Counted from the stretch's first letter, positions 52,171-62,106 are shown. The stretch is DNA of 64,000 nt from Gammaproteobacteria bacterium (GCA_965238175.1 CBDEGZ010000003.1:1184001-1248000); one strand, 5' to 3'. The notes: a model not told the origin generated them from the letters alone. Made by a program: numbers and translations.

Positions 52171-53094
52171 ATGTCTGCATCAGGATCAAAAACTGCCATT
52201 ATTGCGGCGTTGGCCGGCAATGCATTAGTCGCAATTACCAAGTTTGTTGCTGCTGGAATTACCGGTAGTTCGGCAATGTTCTCCGAAGGAATTCATTCTG
52301 TTGTTGATACAGGCAATCAGGGACTTTTACTTTACGGGATAAAAAAAGCACAAAAACCAGCAGACGAAGAATTTCCATTTGGGCATGGTAAAGAGATCTA
52401 CTTTTGGAGTTTTGTCGTAGCGATCTTGATCTTTGCAGTGGGTGCTGGTGTATCTATCTATGAAGGTATTCATCATATTTTTCATCCTGAACCGATGCAG
52501 AGCGTTATGATCAATTACATTGTTCTTGGGCTCGCTTTTTTATTTGAAGGTGCTGTTTTTTTAGTTGCGCTTCGGGAATTCAATAAAGTAAAAGGCGATT
52601 ATGGTTATTTTGAAGCGGTTCGAAGAGGGAAAGATCCTTCACTTTTTGTTGTGTTATTTGAAGATTTTGCTGCGACTTTAGGCCTGTTAGTTGCCGCTCT
52701 GGGTATTTTTCTTTCACAAACTACCGGTATTTTGCAATTCGACGGAATTGCCTCTGTAATCATTGGCCTGATTTTAGGGTCAACTGCTTTTTGGTTAGCA
52801 ATTGAAACCAAAGGACTTTTGATCGGCGAAAGAGCTGGGCAAGGTGTTGTTGCTGGGATCAAAAAGCTTGTGAACGCTAGAGATGAAATTGATTATGTTA
52901 ATGAAGTATTGACCATGCATATGGGCCCAGAATTTATACTCCTCAATATCAGTGCGACATTCAAAGATTCAGCCAAAGCCGATGATATAGAAGACGCGAT
53001 AGAGTCGTTGAGTGAGCAGATCAAAAGTGAATATCCGAACGTCAAACGTATTTTTGTTGAAGCAGAGGCGAGGCATAGAAAAGTGGTTTCATGA
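52171..53094 (+). CDS. Cation diffusion facilitator family transporter
   Basis: SSAMFSEGIHSVVDTGNQ, FPFGHGKE, LFED, C-terminal domain ending RIFVEAE. Confidence 0.92.
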   Translation: MSASGSKTAIIAALAGNALVAITKFVAAGITGSSAMFSEGIHSVVDTGNQGLLLYGIKKAQKPADEEFPFGHGKEIYFWSFVVAILIFAVGAGVSIYEGIHHIFHPEPMQSVMINYIVLGLAFLFEGAVFLVALREFNKVKGDYGYFEAVRRGKDPSLFVVLFEDFAATLGLLVAALGIFLSQTTGILQFDGIASVIIGLILGSTAFWLAIETKGLLIGERAGQGVVAGIKKLVNARDEIDYVNEVLTMHMGPEFILLNISATFKDSAKADDIEDAIESLSEQIKSEYPNVKRIFVEAEARHRKVVS

Positions 53095-53357
53095 TCCGAC
53101 TTAGTGCTGTTTTTGGGGAAAGCTTAATAAATAACTGGTTTTTGCGTCCAAGTTTTTTAAGCAGTCTTTCGAGGTTTACTTTGCTATTTGGATCATTTTG
53201 TTTAGAGGCTAACCTAAATAGTCAGAGAGTTTGCTCATCATTATTTTCAATTCCAGAACCGAGCATATAGGACATCCGAGATTATTTTGTGCAACAGAAT
53301 ATCTAGTGCAAGATGCTTTTTTCCACTATTCAACGATTGTTTTGTCACCCTGTGTTA

Positions 53358-53599
53358 TATACCCGTGATACTTGGAAATACATATTTATAGCACGCCTGC
53401 TTTTATCCATGGCGGCGTTGTTCCTCTTTGTAGGGAATGGCTATGCGCATCGTCGTCACGCCTTGCCCTGACTGAATAGAAGCAGATGCTCTCGGCTTTG
53501 GCTTCCTGCATCTCGCTCTCGACAATAGTTCCTGCGTTGTTCTACCTTCGAGCATCCTGGAGTCGTCTAAAACATGCATTTCCAAGTATCATGGGTATA
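53358..53599. repeat. ERIC-like MITE, second member with a different interior
   Basis: TATACCCGTGATACTTGGAAAT ... ATTTCCAAGTATCATGGGTATA terminal IRs, related to 42226-42561. Confidence 0.72.
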
Positions 53600-53719
53600 T
53601 ACGAATCGCTGAACGATTGATCTGAATTTCCTGCGTTAATTTGAGAATACTCTGCACGGATTGTTGTCTGTCCGTTATAATTCCTCCTTTTCGTCGATTG
53701 GATACCAATAGCAAAAAAC

Positions 53720-54685
53720 ATGGAATTATCCCGTAAACTCGATGTTATTCTCGCCAGACAAAGTGATTGTGTGGCGACAATCGGTAACTTCGATGGACTT
53801 CATCTGGGGCATCAGGCGGTGCTTAAGCAGCTACGTGCGCGAGCTGATGCGTTGGGTTTGCCAGCAACGGTGATTGTTTTTGAGCCGCAACCGTTGGAAT
53901 TTTTTGATCCTGATAATGCACCACCACGTTTGACGCGCTGGCGGGAGAAATATCAATTGTTAAAAGAACAAGATGTCGATCGCATGGTTTGCGTGGCTTT
54001 TAATCATGAAACAGCGGCTTTGTCTGCCGAAGCCTTTGTCACAGATATTCTATTGAATAAGGTTGGGGTTAAACATCTTGTGATCGGCGATGATTTTCGT
54101 TTTGGTCAAGGTCGTCAGGGTGATTATGATTTGCTTTGTACCTTGGGTGAAAAACACGATTATAAAGTTGAACGATCAAAAACATTTTTGATCGAAAACG
54201 AGCGAGTTAGTAGTAGTCGGATCAGAAAGGCGTTAGCGACAGATCAACTTGAGATGGCCTCCGGGTTATTAGGTCGTGCATATAGCATCAGTGGACGTGT
54301 AGCGCACGGAGATAAACAGGGGCGCGAGTTAGGTTTTCCGACAGCGAATATTGAGTTGCGTCGAATGAAAACGGTGTTGAATGGCATTTTTATCGCACAG
54401 GTAACATTTGGTGATCAATCATCACGACCGGCAGTGGCTTATATTGGAACAAAACCAACACATGGCGGAACGCGTACTTTGCTCGAAGTGCATGTGTTTG
54501 ATTACTCCGGTGATCTGTATGGTCAGTATATAAAGGTGGAGTTCCTGCAGAAGTTGCGAGATGATAAGCGGTTTGATTCGTTTGAGTTACTTAAGGATCA
54601 AATTGCGGCGGATGCAAAAGTGGCCAGAGATTATTTTAAAGAGAACTCTGACTTACTCAGAGTTTCCATTAATTATTTTAAGTGA
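53720..54685 (+). CDS. ribF: Bifunctional riboflavin kinase / FAD synthetase
   Basis: TIGNFDGLHLGHQ, GDDFRFG, VSSSRIR, GRELGFPTAN, LEVH. Confidence 0.97.
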   Translation: MELSRKLDVILARQSDCVATIGNFDGLHLGHQAVLKQLRARADALGLPATVIVFEPQPLEFFDPDNAPPRLTRWREKYQLLKEQDVDRMVCVAFNHETAALSAEAFVTDILLNKVGVKHLVIGDDFRFGQGRQGDYDLLCTLGEKHDYKVERSKTFLIENERVSSSRIRKALATDQLEMASGLLGRAYSISGRVAHGDKQGRELGFPTANIELRRMKTVLNGIFIAQVTFGDQSSRPAVAYIGTKPTHGGTRTLLEVHVFDYSGDLYGQYIKVEFLQKLRDDKRFDSFELLKDQIAADAKVARDYFKENSDLLRVSINYFK

Positions 54686-54698
54686 AATTGAATAGACA

Positions 54699-57518
54699 AT
54701 GAGTTCAGATTACAAACCGACGTTAAACCTTCCTAAAACAGATTTTCCTATGCGCGGCAATTTGCCGAACCGCGAACCGGCTATGTTAAAGCAGTGGGAA
54801 GGCGATGGGCTATATCAGAAGATCCGTAAAAACCGGGCGAGTAAGGAAAAATACATTCTTCACGACGGCCCGCCATACGCAAACGGCGATATCCATATTG
54901 GTCACGCGGTCAATAAAGTGCTCAAAGATATCATCGTTAAATCACGCTCAATGAGTGATTTGGATGTGCCTTATGTTCCCGGTTGGGATTGTCATGGGCT
55001 GCCGATCGAATTAATGGTCGAGAAAAAGATCGGTAAAGCCGGTCACAAGGTGGATGCAAAAACATTCCGTAAAGCTTGTCGTGAATATGCGCAAAAGCAA
55101 GTTGATAAACAGCGATCAGATTTTAAACGTTTGGGCATTTTTGCAGATTGGGATAATCCTTATCTGACGATGGATTATAAGTTTGAGGCGAATATTATCC
55201 GCGGACTTGGAAAGATCATCGACGCTGGGCATATGCAAAAAGGTGTTAAGCCAGTGCATTGGTGTACTGATTGCGGATCGGCTTTAGCTGAGGCTGAAGT
55301 TGAATATGAAGACAAAACCTCACCAGCGATTTATGTGGCGTTTAAAGTAGAAGATTTAGCAGAATTGTCGAAGCATTTTGATCAAACATTTGCAGCGCCT
55401 GTTTCAGTTGTAATCTGGACAACAACGCCGTGGACATTACCGGCGAACCAAGCGGTGGCTTTGAACGCAGAACTAGAATACTCCGTTGTACTTTATAGTG
55501 CCGAAGAAGGCGAAAAACGGATCTTGATGGCGACGAGTTTGATAGAAGATGTAATGAATCGTTGTGGTGTTAAAGACTATACCGTTGCGATGCATTGCAA
55601 AGGATCTGATCTGGAAGGGTTGAAACTCAAGCATCCATTTTATGAGCGTATTGTTCCGGTAATTTTGGGTGATCATGTCACGACGGATGCCGGTACTGGT
55701 GCGGTACATACTGCTCCCGGACATGGACAGGACGATTTTATTGTCGGACAACGTTATGGTTTGGAAGTGGATAACCCTGTCGGAGATAACGGTGTGTTCT
55801 TGCCGAGTACAGAATTATTTGCCGGTAAGCATGTGTTCGCTGCCAATGAAATAGTGATCGATGTTCTTAAACAAAACGACGCGCTAGTTCATCACGAAAA
55901 TTTAAGGCATAGCTATCCGCATTGCTGGCGGCATAAAACGCCGATCATTTTCCGCGCAACGCCGCAGTGGTTTGTGAGCATGGATGATAATAATTTGCGC
56001 GAAACTGCACTGAAAGAAGTAGGCAAGGTCAGTTGGTTGCCAGATTGGGGTGAAGAACGCATTAATGGGATGATCGAAAATCGTCCTGATTGGTGTATTT
56101 CTCGTCAGCGAACCTGGGGTGTTCCGATAGCGGTTTTTATAAATCGAGAAACGCAGGAATTACATCCAGGGACATCAAGATTGATCATGGAAGTAGCGGA
56201 TCGAATCGAACAACAAGGCATTGAAGCCTGGTTCGAATTAGACGCTGCAGATTTGTTGGGAGATGAAGCAGCCCAATATGCCAAGGTGACAGATACGTTG
56301 GATGTTTGGTTTGATTCTGGTGTGACGCATGAATGTGTTTTACAACAGAATGAAGATCTGGTTTTTCCGGCAGATCTGTATTTAGAAGGATCAGATCAGC
56401 ATCGTGGTTGGTTCCAGTCATCATTGTTGACCTCAGTCGCAATCAATAATGTCGCACCATACAAAACGGTTTTGACGCATGGGTTTACCGTTGATGCGAA
56501 GGGCATGAAAATGTCTAAATCGAAAGGCAATGTTGTTGAACCGCAGAAGGTGATTAATCGTCTTGGCGCTGACATTCTCAGACTTTGGATTGCGTCTTCA
56601 GACTACAGCGCAGAAATGAGCGTGTCGGATGAAATTCTCGATCGTACTGCCGATGCTTATCGTCGGGTCAGAAATACAGCACGATTTTTATTATCAAACC
56701 TGGAAGGATTTGATCCAGAAAAAAATAGCGTACCATTTGATGAATTGATCAAACTAGATCGATGGGCAATTCAGCATACTGCACAGCTTCAACAGGAAAT
56801 TATTGAGGCTTACGAGAGTTTCCAATTTCATTTAATCTATCAAAAACTGCATCATTTTTGTTCGGTGGAAATGGGTGGCTTTTATCTCGATATTATTAAA
56901 GATCGACAATACACCACGAAAAGTGACAGTCATGCGCGACGTTCTGCCCAGACTGCGCTTTATCATATTATTGAAGCAATGACGCGCTGGATAGCACCAA
57001 TATTGAGTTTTACGGCTGAAGAGTTATGGCAACATATTCCGGGTAAGCGTGATGAGACGATCTTTTTGCAAACCTGGTATGAACCGTTAAATAATCTAAC
57101 GGATGTTGCTGAATTTGATCTGACTTATTGGCAAAAAGTGATCGTAGTGCGTGAAGCAATCAGTAAAAAATTAGAAGGCTTGCGAACGGAAGGAAGCATT
57201 GGTTCGTCGTTAGATGCTGAAGTGACTCTTTATTGTGAGGACGAACTTTATTCTGATCTTGAATTGTTAGAAGATGAATTACGTTTTGTTTTGATCACTT
57301 CTTATGCTCGAATTGCTCCAATGTCTGATGCACCGGATAACGCGGATTCAACGGATCTGGAAACAATGAAATTAGTTGCAGTGGCTTCTGATTATGAAAA
57401 ATGTGTACGTTGTTGGCATCACCGCGAAAATGTTGGTCAACATTCAGAACACCCAAAATTGTGTGGTCGTTGTGTTGAAAATGTTGCCGGCGATGGCGAA
57501 CCTAGATCATATGCTTGA
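54699..57518 (+). CDS. ileS: Isoleucine--tRNA ligase
   Basis: [28 protein letters not shown]-terminal zinc finger CVRCW...CGRC. Confidence 0.99.
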   Translation: MSSDYKPTLNLPKTDFPMRGNLPNREPAMLKQWEGDGLYQKIRKNRASKEKYILHDGPPYANGDIHIGHAVNKVLKDIIVKSRSMSDLDVPYVPGWDCHGLPIELMVEKKIGKAGHKVDAKTFRKACREYAQKQVDKQRSDFKRLGIFADWDNPYLTMDYKFEANIIRGLGKIIDAGHMQKGVKPVHWCTDCGSALAEAEVEYEDKTSPAIYVAFKVEDLAELSKHFDQTFAAPVSVVIWTTTPWTLPANQAVALNAELEYSVVLYSAEEGEKRILMATSLIEDVMNRCGVKDYTVAMHCKGSDLEGLKLKHPFYERIVPVILGDHVTTDAGTGAVHTAPGHGQDDFIVGQRYGLEVDNPVGDNGVFLPSTELFAGKHVFAANEIVIDVLKQNDALVHHENLRHSYPHCWRHKTPIIFRATPQWFVSMDDNNLRETALKEVGKVSWLPDWGEERINGMIENRPDWCISRQRTWGVPIAVFINRETQELHPGTSRLIMEVADRIEQQGIEAWFELDAADLLGDEAAQYAKVTDTLDVWFDSGVTHECVLQQNEDLVFPADLYLEGSDQHRGWFQSSLLTSVAINNVAPYKTVLTHGFTVDAKGMKMSKSKGNVVEPQKVINRLGADILRLWIASSDYSAEMSVSDEILDRTADAYRRVRNTARFLLSNLEGFDPEKNSVPFDELIKLDRWAIQHTAQLQQEIIEAYESFQFHLIYQKLHHFCSVEMGGFYLDIIKDRQYTTKSDSHARRSAQTALYHIIEAMTRWIAPILSFTAEELWQHIPGKRDETIFLQTWYEPLNNLTDVAEFDLTYWQKVIVVREAISKKLEGLRTEGSIGSSLDAEVTLYCEDELYSDLELLEDELRFVLITSYARIAPMSDAPDNADSTDLETMKLVAVASDYEKCVRCWHHRENVGQHSEHPKLCGRCVENVAGDGEPRSYA

Positions 57519-57535
57519 TATGGAGATTATTTGAA

Positions 57536-58009
57536 ATGCGGTGGTTATGGCTTTCGGTTGTGGTAGTTATTCTCGATCAAATTAGTAAATTTCATGCGAG
57601 CGAATACCTTCTAAACCAACCACCGATAGTGATTACGTCTTGGTTGAATTTTATTCTTGCTCATAACTACGGTGCTGCTTTTAGTATATTGGGTGGTCAA
57701 CGATTATTATTGGCTGGGCTATCAGCAGTCGTTTCCATAGTTTTGATCGTTTGGATTAGTCGATTGCCTAAGAATACGTTTTGGTTACCTTGTTGTCTTG
57801 CTCTAATTTTAGGTGGTGCAGTAGGAAATTTAATTGATCGTGTATGGTTTGGTTACGTGGTGGACTTTATCGATTTCCATATCAACACTTGGCACTTCGC
57901 GACATTTAACGTTGCGGATGTGGCAATTTCAGTCGGTGCAGTAATGATGTTGATTGATGCTTTTTTTCTATCAAATGATGAAGAAAAAGAAAATTTGATT
58001 CGGGACTAG
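57536..58009 (+). CDS. lspA: Lipoprotein signal peptidase II
   Basis: DQISK, NYGAAFS, GGAVGNLIDR, VVDFIDF, FNVAD; ATG at 57536. Confidence 0.97.
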   Translation: MRWLWLSVVVVILDQISKFHASEYLLNQPPIVITSWLNFILAHNYGAAFSILGGQRLLLAGLSAVVSIVLIVWISRLPKNTFWLPCCLALILGGAVGNLIDRVWFGYVVDFIDFHINTWHFATFNVADVAISVGAVMMLIDAFFLSNDEEKENLIRD

Positions 58010-58040
58010 TTTGTGGTTAAGCAGGGATGTTTAAGGAATA

Positions 58041-58069
58041 TGTCATCCTGAGCGACTGCGAAGGATCTC
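58041..58069 (+). repeat. GTCATCCTGAGC-type palindromic repeat, left half
   Basis: TGTCATCCTGAGCGACTGCGAAGGATCTC; inverted partner at 59197-59228. Confidence 0.65.
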
Positions 58070-58108
58070 AACATCGAAGCCGCTCAGTTCAAGATTAAAC
58101 CAGTATAT

Positions 58109-58225
58109 TAGGTTGAGTTAGGCTAGGCATGGTTTCATGCCGTAACCCAACATTAAAAGTCTCATCGACATTTGATAATCTTGATGTTGGATTACGGAGC
58201 AAAAGACACTCCTAATTCAACCTGC
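58109..58225. repeat. GTAG-type REP doublet (REPIN-like)
   Basis: TAGGTTGAGTTAGG...CGTAACCCAACA and inverted TGTTGGATTACG...CCTAATTCAACCTGC. Confidence 0.65.
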
Positions 58226-58275
58226 GCTACTCTAAGATAAAATTAAAAAGAAGGGTCGTGCAGTCCAACTCTCCC

Positions 58276-58959
58276 CTACGCCGCTTTTTTACGAAACCCC
58301 ATCAAACCCAATAACGCCGAGCCCATTAACCAAACAGCCGCCGGAACCGGTACCGCATTGACAGTCGTTGTATCAAACGCCACTTCATAATGGGTAGTGG
58401 AACTGCTTCCTAAATTAGTAAGAACTCGCAGTCGAAGATATCGAGTGCTGATATCCGTAAAGTTAAAAACCTGAGCACCTCCTCCTCCAGTATCTGTATC
58501 ATTTCCGAAGGTACCCAAGGTAGTCGTCCCAGCCATATAATCACCATCATCATCCGCAAACAGAGTAAATTGATTGATGCCTCGAGAGGATGTATCGAAC
58601 CACGAGACTATTTGAGAGACGATATAAGTATCTCCCAGGTCAAAGTCGATATCGCCCGTTGGCATATTGGCTGCTGAAAGCCAACTATAGCGTAGGCCAA
58701 TCCTATGTGTTGGTTGGCTGCTAACATAAGTATCAAAGTCTGTGACGCCGCTGATATAGCTTGAGCTAAGGTGTGCCTGATCAATAAGCGAGTTGATGTT
58801 TGTACGACCAGAAAAGCTTCCCATCGTCGTCGTCACCGAGCTTGCACTGCGGATTAATCCTGCATGACTGTAGCTTGAGAAAGCCAGTAAGGCGATTAGG
58901 CTAAAAAGTTGTGTTTTGTGTTTTGTGTTTTGTGTTTTGTGTTTTGTGTTTTGCATCAT
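58276..58959 (-). CDS. PEP-CTERM (VPVPA) surface protein with a 5' heptanucleotide SSR; beta-sandwich/discoidin-like core
   Basis: MM-(QNTKHKT)2 then signal peptide ending SHA; IDFDLG, TRYLRLRV; C-terminal VPVPAAVWLMGSALLGLMGFRKK. Confidence 0.88.
   Translation of the reverse strand: MMQNTKHKTQNTKHKTQLFSLIALLAFSSYSHAGLIRSASSVTTTMGSFSGRTNINSLIDQAHLSSSYISGVTDFDTYVSSQPTHRIGLRYSWLSAANMPTGDIDFDLGDTYIVSQIVSWFDTSSRGINQFTLFADDDGDYMAGTTTLGTFGNDTDTGGGGAQVFNFTDISTRYLRLRVLTNLGSSSTTHYEVAFDTTTVNAVPVPAAVWLMGSALLGLMGFRKKAA
58912..58953 (-). repeat. Simple sequence repeat (CAAAACA)6 directly after the start codons
   Basis: Six perfect TGTTTTG units on the + strand (42 bp, in frame). Confidence 0.95.
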
Positions 58960-59006
58960 TTTGTCCTTTAATTTTAAGAGTACTTATTATTGAGTTTATA
59001 ATAGAG

Positions 59007-59084
59007 CATCGATAGCACATTCCATGTCGATAGCACATCGATAGCACATTCCATGTCGATAGCACATCGATAGCACATTCCATG
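59007..59084. repeat. Tandem repeat, 29-bp unit x2.7, overlapping the sigma54 -12 element
   Basis: CATCGATAGCACATTCCATGTCGATAGCA at 59007 and 59036, partial at 59065. Confidence 0.9.
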
Positions 59085-59087
59085 CCA
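59072..59087 (-). promoter_or_regulatory. Putative sigma54 promoter
   Basis: Minus strand TGGCAT-GGAAT-GTGCT (GG-N10-GC); palindrome TGTCGTT-N4-AACGACA at 59159-59176 at enhancer distance. Confidence 0.65.
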
Positions 59088-59196
59088 CTTTGTAATAACT
59101 AATATTTTCAACCACTTATGGATTCACATAAAATTTATGACCTGGTTTACGTTAATTGTGTCGTTTTTTAACGACAGTTATTATGGTTTTGATGAG

Positions 59197-59228
59197 GAGA
59201 TCTTTCGCTATACTCAGTCAGGATGACA
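59197..59228 (-). repeat. GTCATCCTGAGC-type palindromic repeat, right half
   Basis: GAGATCTTTCGC...TCAGGATGACA, inverted relative to 58041-58069. Confidence 0.6.
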
Positions 59229-59345
59229 TCAAAGAGGGAGGGTATTCTGACGATTTCAGGAAGAATCTTAAGAACGAAATCTTTAAACGTACCATTTTAG
59301 TTATGCAACAAAGCGAGATGCTTATCCAGAGTTCAGCTTAAAGAA

Positions 59346-59873
59346 TCAGAATGAAGGAACAGAGTCTAGATCAATTTTTTCCGTTAAGGTCTGAATGACC
59401 AACATAACGCTTTCTTTTTCAACCGCAGCGCAGGGAATAATGGGAATATTTTCTGATAATTTCAAATGGCTACGGATTTCTTCCATCGATACAACATCTG
59501 GATAATCTTGTTTGCTAGCAGCGATAACATGCGGTAGTGAAACATCAAAGCTGGCAAGAATATTTACTGCATCGTCAAGTGAATTACGATCACTACTATC
59601 AACGACAAGAATAAAGCCTCTCATCCCTTTCGATAGTACGTCCCACATAAAGTCAAGATAGTCTTGGCCAGGTGTTCCAAATAAATTGATCTGTACAGAT
59701 TCATTAAGATCAATTCTTCCATAATCCATAGCAACGGTAGTGGTTTTCTTAGTCCCAGTTTGATCTTCAAGATCGACTTCTGTAGAGACGGTTTCGATTT
59801 CGCTGGCCGTATTTATGAAGCGTGTTTTTCCTGCGCCGTATGTTCCTGCAACGACAATTTTAACTCGTTTCAT
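59346..59873 (-). CDS. Small GTPase, MglA/CvnD-like ATP/GTP-binding protein
   Basis: KIVVAGTYGAGKT (G1), TTTVAMDYG (G2), LFGTPGQ (G3), SKQD (G4), CAA (G5). Confidence 0.88.
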   Translation of the reverse strand: MKRVKIVVAGTYGAGKTRFINTASEIETVSTEVDLEDQTGTKKTTTVAMDYGRIDLNESVQINLFGTPGQDYLDFMWDVLSKGMRGFILVVDSSDRNSLDDAVNILASFDVSLPHVIAASKQDYPDVVSMEEIRSHLKLSENIPIIPCAAVEKESVMLVIQTLTEKIDLDSVPSF

Positions 59874-60600
59874 ACAAATAACTTTCTAGTATTTCTCGTT
59901 CTGAAGCAGGTAAGTTCTTAGTTTTCAGTCGTTTCTTCACGAGTCGTCGGGAGATTATACCTCGTGAGATAAGGCGTCGTTTTTCTTCTGGGAGCACAGA
60001 CTCATTTAGAAAAACTTTATCAATAGGCAATATTTTTGAATCGACGATTAAATTTATTTCATCTAGCAAAGCACGGAATCCACTATCAGGATTACTTAAA
60101 CGGAGTTTCACAAATTCAGTGGGGATAGAGCCAGTTTTGTAGATAGTCTTCATTTCTGTTCGATAGTTTTCGATCAATTTTGGTTTGACAGATTTTTCAA
60201 TTCTATGTTCGAGCATCTCTATTCTTTTTGATAGAAGTGTTGTTATAAAACTATCAGATTTTTTTTTATCTCTCTTATTGGTGTTTTTTGGAAGATTCAA
60301 AATCTGATCATAAATCGAAAGAATTTGTTTTAAAGAAATTTTTTGATAGATGTCAGAAACAAAAATGCGATTACGTTTTGTTAATAAATCTTCAACTGAA
60401 TCCAAACCGAGTATAAAAATAATATCGAGTAATTCCTTGATGTCTCGATTAAAACCGAGCGCACAGATAAGTTGGCTGAGGTTTAATTGAAAATGTTGAG
60501 CAATTTCTTCAGCTGTCAAAGACATATCTACTTCGGGAGCGTAGAAAGTTTCAATTATGTCCTCAGAACTGGCAGAGAGTAGTTCATGAAAAACAGGCAT
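59860..60600 (-). CDS. Hypothetical protein (Leu/Ile-rich, probably helical)
   Basis: 246-aa ORF, 8 bp after the upstream stop and overlapping the GTPase start by 14 bp; no motif recognised. Confidence 0.75.
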   Translation of the reverse strand: MPVFHELLSASSEDIIETFYAPEVDMSLTAEEIAQHFQLNLSQLICALGFNRDIKELLDIIFILGLDSVEDLLTKRNRIFVSDIYQKISLKQILSIYDQILNLPKNTNKRDKKKSDSFITTLLSKRIEMLEHRIEKSVKPKLIENYRTEMKTIYKTGSIPTEFVKLRLSNPDSGFRALLDEINLIVDSKILPIDKVFLNESVLPEEKRRLISRGIISRRLVKKRLKTKNLPASEREILESYLYETS

Positions 60601-60608
60601 GAATTGTC

Positions 60609-62039
60609 TTATTCCTTAATGTCATTCTGAATAAATTCAAAACTTCTTGGGAAGGGGCGAGCATCTCGATATTTTGGTGGAAGAGCCCTCCTGCCACGTA
60701 ATGATTCTTTGTGGTTTAGAAAATTCCCATAAATAACTTTATAAATTATTCGACCGTGCATGGTTGATTTGTATACTGCTTTCTCACCTTCTAGTTTAAG
60801 GTTTTTAATATAGCGTTGTGCATATTCTTCTTGATGGAATGCGATCATTTGAAGTGCATAATGTTCAGGGTTTTGTGTCTTTATCCAGTTTTCATCGAGA
60901 GGCTCTTCTGAAAAATGTATTACTGTTTCATTGTCAGTTTTTGGAATAATATTAGTTTTGGGTGATGGTTGTTTTGGTACTTCTATTGTCTTAGTAATTT
61001 TTTTAACTGGAATTGAGATAGGTTTTTCTACGAGCTTAATAGTTTCTATTTTTTGTTGTTTAGACGTTGTCGCTTTTTCAATTTTTTCTCCAGAGATGAC
61101 CTGATGGTTCTGTGGTGGTAATTTAGTCGGCGTAGGTTTTTCAGAAGGATCGTTCTCTATAATTGTTGTTTCGGGAGTTGTGAGGGTTTCCATTTCAGGA
61201 GTAGAAGAGGGCTGTGTATTAGCCGTCACAGTAACAACGGATTTTGTGGTGTCTCCTGTCATTTGCTTGGTTGTTTCATCCGAAGATAGTTTTTGTGCTG
61301 GTTCCATAGAGTTATCAAAGCCCTGGAGCCTTTCAGTTGCCTGATCAATTCCGCCTTCTGAAGCTCTTTGATACCATTTTCTGGCACCCGCTAAATCAAC
61401 ATCTGTTCCTCGGCCATGTTCAAGCAAAACGGCTAAATTATATTGTGCCTGCGCAATATTTTGTTCTGCGGCATCTTGAAAATAAGAGAGTCCTTTGGCG
61501 TAATCTTGAGCCACCCCTTGTCCAAATGAGTACATAACGCCCAGGCTATATTGAGCATGTGGGTGGCCTTGAGATGCTGCTTTTGAGTACCAATTTACTG
61601 CTTGAGTGCTGTCTTTCTCAATGCCAAGGCCGCGAGCGTACATAATACCAAGGTTATATTGCGATACGGCAACGCCATTATCAGCAGCCATACGCCACCA
61701 GGCCGAAGCTTTATCATAGTCTTGTTCAATTCCTTGTCCTTTGAAATATTTTACGCCAAGATCGTGTTGCACAGATGAATTGCCTTGTGCGGCGGCTTTT
61801 TCATACCAACTAATAGCTTTGATAGGATCTTTTTCTACACCGTGACCAAAGTCATACATAATACCAAGGGTGATTTGAGCTTTTGCATGACCTTTGCTTG
61901 CTAGAGGTTCTAATATGGAAAATGCTTTTTCGTAGTCTTTTGCTAAGTAAGCTTCTTTACCTTCTTCAAAGGAGGCTGCAAACAAGGTGTTACAGAGGGT
62001 GAGAAATAAGAGAAGTGCTAGTAAGAATTTTTTCATCAT
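60609..62039 (-). CDS. Periplasmic Sel1-repeat protein with C-terminal SPOR (DamX-like) domain
   Basis: Signal peptide; five AQxxLGxMYxxGxGVxxD repeats; Thr/Pro/Lys linker; WIKTQNPEHYALQMIA...YKVIYGNF...LP SPOR domain. Confidence 0.88.
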   Translation of the reverse strand: MMKKFLLALLLFLTLCNTLFAASFEEGKEAYLAKDYEKAFSILEPLASKGHAKAQITLGIMYDFGHGVEKDPIKAISWYEKAAAQGNSSVQHDLGVKYFKGQGIEQDYDKASAWWRMAADNGVAVSQYNLGIMYARGLGIEKDSTQAVNWYSKAASQGHPHAQYSLGVMYSFGQGVAQDYAKGLSYFQDAAEQNIAQAQYNLAVLLEHGRGTDVDLAGARKWYQRASEGGIDQATERLQGFDNSMEPAQKLSSDETTKQMTGDTTKSVVTVTANTQPSSTPEMETLTTPETTIIENDPSEKPTPTKLPPQNHQVISGEKIEKATTSKQQKIETIKLVEKPISIPVKKITKTIEVPKQPSPKTNIIPKTDNETVIHFSEEPLDENWIKTQNPEHYALQMIAFHQEEYAQRYIKNLKLEGEKAVYKSTMHGRIIYKVIYGNFLNHKESLRGRRALPPKYRDARPFPRSFEFIQNDIKE

Positions 62040-62072
62040 TTCTGTATTTTCGCATGCCGTTCTTAAAATAAA

Positions 62073-62106
62073 AACACCTCTGACAAGTTTAGTAATCAGA
62101 GGTGTT
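62073..62106 (-). terminator. Hairpin, probable terminator after mtdA
   Basis: AACACCTCTGA-N12-TCAGAGGTGTT with a T-rich tail on the minus strand. Confidence 0.6.

Noticed and set aside
59007-59084. CRISPR array (29-bp repeats)
   Set aside because: The units are directly adjacent with no unique spacers, and there are no cas genes in the window.
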